Source: Haliotis rufescens (taxonomy: Eukaryota). Taken from it: DNA of 64,000 nt. Location: positions 59,210,001-59,274,000 of the forward strand of contig NW_025963890.1 in the NCBI RefSeq assembly GCF_023055435.1. Reading direction: 5' to 3'. The stretch's first letter is position 1; each line of letters opens with the position of its first letter. Shown here in pieces: positions 24,333-36,222 of the stretch. The position numbers and the translations under genes are program-made. Below the pieces are notes generated by a model. The model saw only the letters and a list, made by a program, of their open reading frames with translations. It was not told the DNA's origin and made no database searches.

Positions 24333-26222
24333 CTATACTTTGTCTGATGAAATTGTGCTGCCTTGTTTGAACACATGTCGAGCAGTAGATCGTGATCTCC
24401 TCAAACGCCTCCAAGCGTAGTCATAGGACTTTATCATGGAGGCTGTTTTGACGTGGTTTGATGCTCTTCTGTACACCACCCTCCGCACATAGACACTGCA
24501 GTCCTGAGACACAACGTTGTTCACCTGAGCTCTGACAAGTTTGTTTCCAAGAAGCCGTGTTTCCCAATTAACATTATCAGGAATATGGTGGCAGAACTTG
24601 CTGAATACCACACACCTTCGTCCGTACCGGATGGACTGAACACCGATCTCATAGAGAGCTGGCTTATTGTTCTCAGACTTGAAGATTGTCTTCTTTCTGA
24701 ATCCAGGGTTGGCACCCCGTCTTTTCTCCCATTGTGCATCCTGTTTGAGTGGAACGTCAGGGGAGACAACTTTGACCCACGGTGACCAGTCCATGTTTCT
24801 CAAGCTGAAGTTGTTCTCAAAGACTTCCTCTCTTCTCAGAAGTGGTGTCACAAACTTTGTTGATTTCTGGAATAATATAATGTATTATGAGACTCCTTGA
24901 CATGATCATAGCCTAACACAATGAAATCAAGAATTAAACACTGTGATCGCGCATTTAAAAACAATTGAGAGAATATTTTACCTTGAACGATTTCTTTCTT
25001 GGCTTTCTGATGGTTTTAGGTTTGGCCTTTCTGACTCTTTGGATGGATGTTATTTTCGTCAAGGTGGGAACCTTCACATCTTTCTTAGCGGCACTGATTG
25101 TAATCGCTGTCTTCGGTTGAGAAGGGGAGACAATTCCATCACGTAGGGATGTAAACATTCCTTCCATGTCTTTGCTGAGGGCACCATCAGCGCAACGGGC
25201 TCGAACCTCTTTCTCGTACACCTGATGAGGGCAAATAATCATTGATGAAAGGAGTTTTATTATGACGAATATCATAGAATTAAAATGACAGCCGCTCTAC
25301 GGATTTTAAAGTGGTGCAGTTATTTCAACTTACATGAAGAATCTCTGCCCCCTGTTCCCTGTAGCAGATGGCCATAAGGAAGTCAAAGATGTTTGTAAAG
25401 TTTTCCAATTTAAGATGCCGACCTCCTGTCTTGTTGGAAATGGTTTCGTAGAACGTCGCATTGCCCAGGCCGCACTGAACTCCATAGATTTTCACTCCCT
25501 GAAATTAAAATTAATAAATAGAATAAGTGAACGAACATCGTTGTGTGGAATTTACGGTTGTTGTGGCGAAGCAAAAGCAAGGTCCCTGCGCATTCCTTCT
25601 TTATTCATCATTTTCGGTTGTGTCGAACCTCGGATAACGTTACTCGGATACATTTACGTGAGTCCCTTCAACGTCGACTCAAAGGTGGTTGACTGGTGAG
25701 TGTTGTATTCTTATCATTTGATTAATGTAGGAAAATGACCACAACCTGGAAATTAATAGGAATTCAACATACCATTTCATTCAGAGTTTGTGTCTCCTTT
25801 CTCCAGTCTATTTTTAGTTTATTGGCTTTGAAGTCTGGTTCGTGGGGCTTGTCGTCCCCGGCGACGACGAGAACACGGTTAGATCCTGGTGTCCATGACA
25901 ACTCCTCCCCAACTTGTCGGAGAACAAGCTCGTAACACTCGCCGTTGTCGCCACAGCCTCCTGTATCTTCAACGTTCATGACGAAGTCGCAGAGTTCTTT
26001 GACGTCAGTGGAAAAGTCGATCCATTTTGTGACATATGTGGATTTAGTGCAGTAGTCACCGTGTGCGAAGACGGCGATTCTGACGGCGGGGATGTCAGCC
26101 TGGAGCCGCTGTATCATGTCCTGGAGTCGTCCTCTGACTTCAGCAAGACAGCTGCTCATGGAGCCGGTTGTGTCAAAGGAGAAGACAATCTCCGGAAGTC
26201 CACCAGGAGGAAGCAAAGCCAT
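24333..26222 (-). CDS. vWA + GIY-YIG-like protein, copy 2 (462 aa); CDS exons 26222-25773, 25498-25334, 25221-24982, 24866-24333
   Basis: Same exon lengths, phases and splice sites as copy 1; intact frame. Confidence 0.92.
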
Positions 26223-26576
26223 TTTTAACCTGTGGAAAATGAAAACACAACTATATGAAAACATACATACATGAAAGTATATTTGTAATATCGATTCAGT
26301 TTCATTATTAACCATTGCAGGGGAAAGTAATTTAATCAATTGTCTTGTTCATTGTAATGTTATCGTGAAATAAGACATTTGAAATTTTTCCTGTCAGTGT
26401 TTATTGAGAAATCACAATCTTGTTGTCTTTTCTAATTCAAAGTAATTTCCATTAGCATACATAACTATTTGTATTATATTTAGAAAACATGTCTTTACGT
26501 TACGTTACGTAAATTTATCAAATAATGGATCTTTTTCTTTAAAAATAGTTATTGTGGAATGTGTTCCACAAGTTAC

Positions 26577-26728
26577 CTTTTTTGAATGATGACAGTAGAT
26601 ATTTAGTTGTTGTTTGTTATTTCCCCGGTGCTATTAAATGCCGTTTTAGATATACCAACGCTTTCCAACTGCTAGCGAGTGACTTGTGTGTAGACTGATC
26701 TTACTCAGCGAGCCGGTCAGCTTTTATA
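26577..26728 (-). promoter_or_regulatory. Copy 2 core promoter and non-coding exon 1
   Basis: TATAAAAG 26728-26721, Inr TCAGTC (A+1 26696), donor G|GTAACT at 26577. Confidence 0.8.
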
Positions 26729-27096
26729 GTGGCCGAGGGGCGATCAACGGTATCTCGCCGAGACTTGTCGTGGTTGGCATGTTTCGACTTGCTCCGTGGT
26801 TGTGTTTTGGACATCAGACGATGTTCATGCCTCAGTGTTTCTTGTTCGTATTTCAAGCTAAACTGCTGTTTGAAAACGCGAACTAACTCAAATTATGAAT
26901 GAGTTAAAGATAAAAGTGTTATCGGAGTTATTGACCATCTTTGATAGATGGCAAATTGGTCTAATTGATTAGGCGATATTCCGAACTAATACATGACACA
27001 CACGTTCAGAAATACATTGTTTACGCCAAGCTCCTTACAGTGACTGCAGCTGCTATTTCGCCGTGCACAATGCGTGGAGTTTGTAAAATGAGTGGA

Positions 27097-27117
27097 TGAC
27101 GTCACTCCTTCGCGGAA
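27097..27117. promoter_or_regulatory. CRE + STAT/GAS-like element, copy 2
   Basis: TGACGTCA-CTCC-TTCGCGGAA, about 400 bp upstream of the TSS. Confidence 0.65.
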
Positions 27118-28673
27118 TAAACGTTTTATGCTCAGTGATAACGAATAGGAAAAGGTTTTATGTTGCTGTGAGATATAAATTGTTGTTGATGAATGTTTAG
27201 TATGCACGGGAAGGAATACATAATGCCTTCCTGTTTGGTCATCTTTAGACTTTATAAAGCATTAACTTGCTAATTGGAAGGAACGCATGTTTGATCCAAC
27301 AAACTGTGTATAATTTTAAGCGTTGCTGTGTATACATATGCGATGCGTTGAAAAGTTCCTGTGTTACATTTTCGAGTCTATATGGCGGCTCATCAAGAAT
27401 AGATCCTGTTTTGATGAGCTTCTTCGACGTAATTTAACAATACCACAAAAGAGAAAAAGTAATGCTGTAAGGCTTTTATTATTACTTTGTGTACTTATTC
27501 GACGACCAAACATTTTCTTCTGCGTACCTTATTTTAGTAATAAATAAACCTTAAAGACGGTGACTATAGGAAGAACTAACAATCACCTTTTCTTTGTTTT
27601 TTTCTTTATTTCATCATGGGCTCAATATCTTCCTGAAAACACTTAAAAGTATGATATTTTAATATTATTTCAACCACTGACCCTACGTTTTGAAAAAAAT
27701 CCCTAAACCCAGTGACTCAAAGTAAGGGCGAAACGTGGTCTAGTTTTCATGAAATTAATGTTATTAGAAGTACTTTAGCTACATGCTTCCATATGAAATA
27801 TCAGTTATTATTATGTAGTAAGTGTTGAAAAACTGTTTATTCCCATATACAAATTGATATTTCAGTCGAGTGACATATAACGCTTTATTCTGGAACTACT
27901 TCCTCAAAGACAATCATTACAGATTAAAATCATGAAATAAAATACATAATCACACACTCAGTGAAGTTTTAGTAAAATGTGACTCGGTTGAACCATAAAC
28001 TACCCATTTTAGCTGTGTTGTATTACATTCAAAACGTGCTTAACGTCAGGTTAAATGTAATTAGGAGAACAGCCCGTCAATTAGCCCTGTTCGAGGATTT
28101 CCATTTTTCGGCACCTCTGATTACAGGTTTCTATCGAAACCCGTCTCTAATAAAATACACAAGGTAAGTCCTTAATTTGGCATCTTAGAAAAGTAATAAG
28201 GTTTGCTCTATCCCCATGTGTATTGTAATAATGAATAGTTTTGCCCTGAACTATTATAACGAAAGCGTCCTCGTGCTATAACTATGATTTCAGTCTGTCA
28301 TGCAGACCCTCAAACAAATATATCCAATACAGCCAATGCAAGTCTTTAATGTTTGGTAAGTTTAGATTACTGAAATATCAATATCTGAAAATGAAGAAAG
28401 TCTGTTGGCTCTTTTTTATTATATATGTTTTTAATTTAACAACTGTTTCTTCTGCAAAATATGTTCATTTCAGAAACCAGATGTTAGATAATGGTTCAGA
28501 GCAAAACTTTAGTACACTACACATGGGGTGGAGAAAACTATAGTTCTTAAATGGAAAAGATTCAATTTGTTGTTACAAATATAATATTTTCTGGTTTAAA
28601 GATCATTTGAACGTATGATCAGTAGGTTTATATGAATCTTTCGACAGGATACCGTGTCTAGTGTCTAGTAAGG

Positions 28674-28992
28674 AACCGCCTCCGTGGTCTTGTGGTAGAG
28701 CGTCCGCCCGGAGAGTATACAAAAAGACGTTAAAAGATTGTACTTGTGGTTACCCTCTCTGGCGCTCGGCATTAAGGGGCTAAAGCAAGGACTGGTGGCT
28801 CGGAGTCAATATACTGTGTCTGAGTGGGGTATTCATGTTAAACTGCGGCATGGTATCTCAGTGAGCTAGCACTATAAATCGGCATCGGTCCGGACTAGTA
28901 CAAGCAGCCACACACACATACACGTGCATGCACGTCGCTATATAAGTGCAATAATTTTGGACGTGACGTTAAACCCAATTTCACTTCACCTT
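28674..28992 (+). mobile_element. tRNA-derived SINE family C
   Basis: Homologous to 8645-8999; flanking direct repeat TAGTAAGGAACCGC. Confidence 0.9.
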
Positions 28993-29026
28993 TAGTAAGG
29001 AACCGCGTTCATGGCTTCAGGAGCAG

Positions 29027-29150
29027 TCTCTCAAACACATTGTTTACGTTTCTTTCTCCTCACACGTTCATCTAGGACTCGGTTTCATTGAGAAGCGTAG
29101 GGCAATGTAGCAAGTTGAAAAGGAATGTGTGACGTATTTACTTCGCGGAT
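29027..29150. promoter_or_regulatory. Conserved distal upstream module, copy 2
   Basis: Retains CTCCTCACACG, CTAGGACTCGGTTTCATTGAG and GAATGTGTGACGTATTTACTTCGCGGAT amid diverged flanks. Confidence 0.55.
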
Positions 29151-30271
29151 GGCTATGATCACCAAACATTTCTGCCTGATGGCGACATCTCTATTTTGGA
29201 GGTTCTTTGGTGAACTTTTCATGAATTAGTTATGAAATAATCATACACATTGATTTTAGTTTCAAAGTCGGAAATTTAGATGAAGAAAATTAGGAATACT
29301 ATTATGAAGTAAATATTGACTGGATGAGAAACTCATTATATAAACTGTTTGAATTTATTCGCCATGATATATTAATGGTTATATGACAGCCGTCAACTTA
29401 AGGTGGTAATATACATATATCGCTATGGTGGATCAGTGGAGCACGGGTATGGTGCTGACGGTCTCTTTCCATTATGACGTATATACTGTTTCAATAAACA
29501 TACTTCATGAATATGACTGCTAATTACTACCTAACGTTCCTATATTTGTTTTCAAGGTGAAGTTGGAAACGGAGTTGCAGTAGTCAAAATGGGAAAAAGA
29601 CGAAAACGAATTCCTTGTACTGTCCATGTACAAGTCATCCGTGTCAAGTAACAAGTGTCATTCAATGTCATTCAATGTCATTAAGCAAGTGAAGGTCATG
29701 TTGTGCGCCTCACACTGCACTTGAAAAATATTGAGAGTAGCTCACACTATATGCTTAAACGTCACATAGACCATGGAATTGGTGTTGTGTAAGGAAGACC
29801 AGGTTCAGTTTTATGAAATGTTAATTTTTTTTTTTCAATAAGGTTTGAATTATCAAATATTTCCGAACCATATATTAAAATTGGGACAATCTTTGTGCCA
29901 AAATGCTTATCACATGCATGTATAACAAAGAGGTAAATTTATGTTTCGTGTCATCAATGATTTTCAGTGGTCCATTCATATAATTATTCCACAGCTATTT
30001 GCCCTTGATGCCAAGTGGAATTTATTTCGGCAGAACATATAGGCTGGTTATTCTCTTGCATTGACAATTTATATGTTTTAATAATGCAAACATAGCTTTG
30101 GTTGCATTTTTCACGATCATGTTTATTGTTATTGTGAGCTCTTTAACGTGTTTCTCGGTTAGGTATTCTCCGAGATTCTTGTGAAACATCAAAAATAATA
30201 CCTGTCATTAGATATTGTTTATGCATAAATGGGCAGAGTACAGGTGCATGACCACTGGTAGGCTCATTTTA

Positions 30272-30442
30272 CGGATCGGGTGATCAGGCTCGCTGACTTG
30301 GTTGATGCATGGATCTGCGTGGATCGATGCTAATGATATCAATCACTGGATTGTCTGGTCCAGATTCGATTATTTACAGACCGCCGCCATATAGCTGGAA
30401 TATTGCCGAGTGCGGCGTTAAACAACAAATAAAACAAAACAA
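30272..30442 (+). mobile_element. SINE-like repeat family A (5'-truncated)
   Basis: Matches the family A consensus. Confidence 0.8.
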
Positions 30443-30739
30443 ATATTATACGATGCGGTATGAGATAAGACATATGCGTGTTTTCTAGTCATGGGTTTTA
30501 ACGTGGCTGACTTGAGTATTGCAGGATCTGAAGATGTTTCTCATATACACGCCTTTGTATCATATCATTGTTTATTCTTTGTGAAAGCATATGCAAGTTT
30601 CGGTAGTTTGTTTTATTTATTCCTGTTCTTACACAGAGGAAAGTGTTTTATGTACAGGTGAACGTGTACAATATTTCACACATAACCGGTCACTGACGTT
30701 TATCAGTCATTCGGGAGAACACACTTCTTCAGTCACGCA

Positions 30740-30912
30740 GGGGCGGTCGGGTAGCCTAGTGGTTAAAGCGTTCGCTCGTCACGCCGAAGACCCGGGTTCG
30801 ATTCCCGACATGGGTGCAATGTGTGAAGCCCATTTCTGGTGTCCCCCGCCGTGATATTGCTGGAATATTGCTAAAAGCGGCGTAAAACCTCACTCACTCA
30901 CTCACTCACTCA
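30740..30912 (+). mobile_element. Full-length tRNA-derived SINE family B in the 3' flank/UTR of copy 3
   Basis: A box TAGCCTAGTGG, B box GGTTCGATTCCC, (CACT)n tail, target-site duplication TCAGTCACGCA; empty site visible in copies 1 and 2 (~18163, ~24096). Confidence 0.92.
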
Positions 30913-31152
30913 GTCACGCACTGTACATGTAATGACACATCATGCCCTCTCATTCACATAAATGTTCTGGCAAGTTCGTACAATATGAGATTCGACTTCG
31001 ATGTCTTTCAAAGTCAAATGTACAATACTATTATTAATAATTACGAACATAGCACACTTTATCTCAGCAAATTCCGGAATGTCCTTTAATATATGGCATC
31101 TGTAGAAAACGTCCATAATTTCCGTTTCGCTTTTGATATGTTCAGAAACATT

Positions 31153-33612
31153 CTATACTTTGTCTGATGAAATTGTAGTGCCTTGTTTGACTACATGTCT
31201 AGCAGTAGAACGTGATCTCCTCAGACGCCTCCAAGCGTAGTCATAGGACTTTATCATGGAAGCTGTTTTGACGTGGTATGATGCTCTTCTGTACACCACC
31301 CTCCGCACATAGACACTGCAGTCCTGAGACACAACGTTGTTCACCTGAGCTCTGACAAGTTTGTTTCCAAGAAGCCGTGTTTCCCAATTAACATTATTGG
31401 GAATATAGTGGGAGAACTTGCTGAATACCACACACCTTCGTCCGTACCGGATGGTCTGAACTCCGATCTCATAGAGAGCTGGCTTATTGTTCTGAGACTT
31501 GAAGATTGTCTTCTTTCTGAATCCAGGGTTGGTACCCCGTCTTTTCTCCCATTGTGCATCCTGTTTGAGTGGGACGTCAGGGGAGATAACTTTGACCCAC
31601 GGTGACCAGTCCATGTTTCTCAAGCTGAAGTTGTTCTCAAAGACTTCCTCTCTTCTCAGAAGTGGTGTCACAAACTTTGTTGGTTTCTGGAATAATTAAA
31701 GTGTATTATGAGACTCCTTGTACTGGTCATAGACTAACACAATGTAAACAAGAATTAAACAGTGTCATCGCGCATTTAAAAACAATTGAGAGAATATTTT
31801 ACCTTGAACGATTTCTTTCTTGGATTTCTGATGGATTTAGGTTTGGGCTTTCTGACTCTTTGGATGGATGTTATTTTCTTTAAGGTGGGAACCTTCACAT
31901 CTTTCTTAGCGGCACTGATTGTAATCGTTGTCTTTGGTGGAGAAGGGGAGACAATTCCATCACGTAGGGATGTAAACATTCCTTCCATGTCTTTGCTGAG
32001 GGCACCATCAGCGCAACGGGCTCGAACCTCTTTCTCGTATACCTGATGAGGGCAAATAATCATTGATGAAAGGAATCTTATAACAACGAATATCACAGAA
32101 TCAAAATGACAGCCGCTCTACGGATTTTAAAGTGGTGCAGTTATTTCAACTTACATGAAGAATCTCTGCCCCCTGTTCCCTGTAGCAGATGGCCATAAGG
32201 AAGTCAAAGATGTTTGTAAAGTTTTCCAATTTAAGATGCCGACCTCCTGTCTTGTAGGAAATGGTTTCGTAGAACGTCGTATTTTCCGTGTCGCACTGAA
32301 CTCCGTAGATTTTTACTCCCTGAAATTAATATTAACATTTATCATTTAACTTAAGCATTTATCCATGACATAAGCTTATGACATAAAAACATGTATGACA
32401 TACCCCATTGACATAAGTATGCAAATTAGATATGCAAATTAGATAACCGGAAGAGTGAGCGGTTTGATTTGAAACTATATATTATAAGTGAAGTTACACC
32501 AGAGATATAATCAGATTACACAGAATCGTTGTTGTTACCGTTATTAAAGTTTCAATTATTCTGCAAAAGTCTGTTCAATTATTTTGTTTAAAATAATCCG
32601 AGGAACTTTTTTTCTCAGGGAATTGTTTATTTTGGTTTACATGGCTATGGAAAACATGTATCACTACGCACGATCTATACGTAAGATTTCGACAAGTTGC
32701 TGATGTTAATGTTTAATGCAATTATTCCTTAATTTGGAAGCAAAAATGATAAATAGAATTCATCACTCGTGTTTTTTAATATGGGAAATATCAACCTCGT
32801 CCCGTTAATCGGTATTTGCCTCGCCAAAGGCTCGGCAAATACCGATTAACTAAGACTCGGTGTGATATTTCCCATATTAAAAAACACTCGTGATGAATGC
32901 TCTATATAGAATAAGTGAATAAACATCATTGTGTCGAAGTTACGGTTGTTGTCGCGAAGTAAAAGCAAAGTCCCTGCACATTTCTTCTTTTTTCATTATT
33001 TTCGGTTGTGTCGAACCCCGGATAACTTTACTCGGATAAATTAACGTAAGCCCCTTCAACGTCGACACAAAGGTGTTTGACCGTGGTGAGTGTTGTGTTC
33101 TTATTATTTGATTTATGTCTGAAAATGACCACAACCTGGAAATTAATAGAAATCGAACAAACCATTTCATTCAGAGTTTGTGTCTCCGTTTTCCAGTCTA
33201 TTTTTAGTTTATTGGCTTTGAAGTATGGTTCGTGGGGCTTGTCGTCTCCGACGACGACGAGAACACGGTTAGATCCTGGGGTCCATGACAACTCTTCCCT
33301 AACTTGTCGGAGAACAAGCTCGTAACACTCGCCGTGGTCGTATGTGCCTCCTGTATCTTCAACGTTCATGACGAAGTCGCAGAGCCCTTTGACGTCAGTG
33401 GAGAAGTCGATCCATTTTGTGACATATGTGGATTTAGTGCAGTAGTCACCGTGTGCGAAGACGGCGATTCTGACGGCAGGGATGTCAGCCTGGAGCCGCT
33501 GTATCATGTCCTGGAGTCGACCTCTGACTTCGGCGAGACAGTCGCACATGGAGGCAGTAGTGTCAAAGGAGAAGACAATCTCCGGAAGTCCACCAGGAGG
33601 AAGCAAAGCCAT
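31153..33612 (-). CDS. vWA + GIY-YIG-like protein, copy 3 (462 aa); CDS exons 33612-33163, 32319-32155, 32042-31803, 31686-31153
   Basis: Intact frame with the same structure; MIDAS DTTASM; first coding-exon donor is GTTTGT; ~570-bp insertion in the following intron. Confidence 0.88.
32336..32903. mobile_element. Intronic non-autonomous element with ~150-bp terminal hairpin
   Basis: Absent from the same intron of copies 1, 2 and 4; inverted repeat CATCACTCGTGTTTTTTAATATGGGAAATATC...GATATTTCCCATATTAAAAAACACTCGTGATG; related hairpin at ~61177-61296. Confidence 0.8.
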
Positions 33613-33761
33613 GTTGAATCTGTTTTAAAATTGTTCATTTTAATTAACATGTTTCTTTATGTTATTTTTCGTAAAGTAATTTCTTTATCTTTAATACATT
33701 TCCTTCACAAATTTGAAAGTTGTTTTCTTTGCAAAGCCCATTTTAATTTATATAGACATAC

Positions 33762-33950
33762 GCCCCGTGAAGATCCGGGGCGTAAAAGGCACGTTTGCTT
33801 GTCGTAAGAGGCGACTAACGGGATCGGGTGGTCAGGCTCGGTGACTTGGTTGATGAATCGCAGTGTTTCATGGTTATGACTCGATTATTTACAGACCGCC
33901 CTCATATAGCTGGAATATTGCTGAGTGCGGCGTTAAACAAAAAAAAAAAG
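33762..33950 (+). mobile_element. SINE-like repeat family A in intron 1 of copy 3
   Basis: Family A consensus with internal deletions and an A-rich tail. Confidence 0.8.
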
Positions 33951-33986
33951 GAACATTAGACAAACAAGTACTGTTAATGTGATTAC

Positions 33987-34134
33987 CTGTTTTTCTTTGA
34001 TTAGTGACGGTAGTTCGTGAACTATGGTCATTCGCTGCTGTGAGATATGGTTTATGCAATAAAGTCTCTCAACTGCAGCTGCGTATGCTATGTGTGCTGA
34101 ATGATCTTACTGGGCGAGCCCGCTAGCTTTTATA
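33987..34134 (-). promoter_or_regulatory. Copy 3 core promoter and non-coding exon 1
   Basis: TATAAAAG 34134-34127, Inr TCATTC (A+1 34102), donor CAG|GTAATC at 33987. Confidence 0.78.
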
Positions 34135-34501
34135 CTGGCTGAAAGACGATCGATGCCGCCTCGCTCAGACTCGTTTAGACAAGTTTAGACATGCTCTGCG
34201 GTTGTGAAAATGTTCATGCCTCTGTGTTTCTCGACAGTGTTTCAACTTAGGCTTTGCTTATGAAAACAAAACGAACTAAAATTCGTGGATGAAAAAAATG
34301 TTGTCTTGTCTGTATCGAACATATTTGATTTGGGGAAAAGCGGGTCATACAGAACTGATATATGAAACATATGTTCAGAAACAGTTGAACGTACTCTCTC
34401 AAATACGCTGTTTATACCAGTGCTCCTTACACTGTCCGTCGGTAGATATTTTCGCCATGAGCGGTAGATATCTGCAGTGTACAAAGTTTGTATTTTGTGC
34501 A

Positions 34502-34521
34502 TGACGTCATGCTTCGCGGAA
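34502..34521. promoter_or_regulatory. CRE + STAT/GAS-like element, copy 3
   Basis: TGACGTCA-TGC-TTCGCGGAA, 400 bp upstream of the TSS. Confidence 0.65.
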
Positions 34522-35024
34522 TGTTTTACTTGCTCAGCGAAATATGTGTCTGACTCAATGTTAGTATCAGGGCATAATTTATATATTTCTGATACATTTG
34601 TAGTCAGTTAGTTGTTCATTAATACATGTGTTGGACTAGAATAAATGGAACATTACATTATACATGACTGACGTACATGTAGTGTATCATTTGGTTATCT
34701 AAAACATTAACAAAATAACAAGGTACGTCTATATTTCGTTCATCTCTATTGTACCTATAGGTTATTGCTGTGGTTAGTTTAGTGAATAAGCCATCTTGTT
34801 ACATATACGAGACAATACCTGAAAAATATATAACCACTTTCCACGAGATATATTGGTAAAAGACAATGGACAGTTCCCTTGTGTAATAATAATATTCGTA
34901 GTTTGATTAACGTGGGGCTCTTCATGATAGAATTGTATTGTGCACTTTAAAGTTCTTTGATAGGCATTTCGAAGTTTGAGTACCTTTACCAAGTAAGTAT
35001 AAGAATTTATGGATGAACAACTTC

Positions 35025-35079
35025 TTTATTACAATTAAGAGCGACGTTTCGGTGTAGGTTCTAACACCGTTATCAAGCA
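35025..35079 (-). ncRNA. Minimal type I hammerhead-like motif (Penelope-type) followed by AATAAA
   Basis: Minus strand GC-TTGATAA-C-GGTGT(TAGAACCT)ACACC-GAAAC-GTC-GC...AATAAA; U3-A8 covariant core; helix I only ~2 bp. Confidence 0.5.
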
Positions 35080-35235
35080 AATGATATACCGAGTGTGGTT
35101 AGCAAGTATATATACAAGTAAAATTTTAGGAGGCAATGTTTATACAGTAGAGTAGATATTGTTATAGTGAAGTAGAGAAGCCTGTTATGTACACACAAGG
35201 GTAGTGACGACAATCATCGGTGAAGTCAAAAATAG

Positions 35236-36222
35236 GAATAACACATACATTAAAGCAGATATATTGACTGGATAAGAGAAATATGGTGATAAAATGATCG
35301 TACAAATTACAGGTATTCAAAGTGATTCATTTAGGTGTTTAAAAACGTAAAAACACATACATTAAAGCAGATATTGACTGGATAAGAGAAATATGGTGAT
35401 AAAATGATCGTACAAATTACAGGTATTCAAAGTGATTCATTTAGGTGTTTAAGAACGCAATAACACATACATTAAAGCAGATATTGACTGGATAAGAGAA
35501 ATATGGTGATAAAATGATCGTACAAATTACAGGTATTCAAAGTGATTCATTTAGGTGTTTAAAAACGTAATAACACATACATTAAAGCAGATATTGACTG
35601 GATAAGATAAAATATGGTGATAAAATGATCGTGCAAATTAAAGGTGTCAAAAGTGATTAATGTAGGTTTTTAAAATAGTAATAACACATACATTGAAGCA
35701 GATATTGACTGGATATGAGAAATATGCTGATAAAATGATCGTGCAAATTAAATGTATCCAAAGTGATTAATTTAGGTGTTTAAAGGTGAGGTGAGGTGAA
35801 ATTGGGTTTAACGTCGCGTCCAAGATTATTGCACTTATATAGCGACGTGCGTGCACGTGTATTTGTGTGTGTGGCTGCTTGTACTAGTCCGGACTGATGC
35901 CGATTTATAGTGCTAGCTCACTGAGATACCATGCCGCAGTTTAACATGAATACCCCACTCAGACACAGTATACTGACTCCGAGCCGACCAGTCCTTGTTT
36001 TAGCCCCTTAATGCCGAGCGCCAGACAGGGTAACAACAAGTACAATCTTTTAACGTCTTTTTGTATGACGCGGCCGGGATCGAACCCTGGACCTTCCGCT
36101 CTCCGGGCGGACGCTCTACCACAAGACCACGGAGGCGGTCTAGGTGTTTAAAATAGTAATAACACAAACATTAAAGCATATATTGACTGGGTAAAAGAAA
36201 TATCGTGATAAAATGATCGTGC
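35236..36222. repeat. ~110-bp tandem repeat (about 6 units) interrupted by a SINE
   Basis: ACACATACATTAAAGCAGATATTGACTGGATAAGAGAAATATGGTGATAAAATGATCG recurs at ~35241, 35353, 35463, 35573, 35684, 36162. Confidence 0.92.
35785..36140 (-). mobile_element. tRNA-derived SINE family C
   Basis: Reverse complement of the family C consensus; target-site duplication TAGGTGTTTAAA. Confidence 0.92.

Noticed and set aside
30740-30812. tRNA gene
   Set aside because: tRNA-like head continues into a SINE body with (CACT)n tail and TSD; the same holds for 8645, 28674, 36140, 49080 and 62967.
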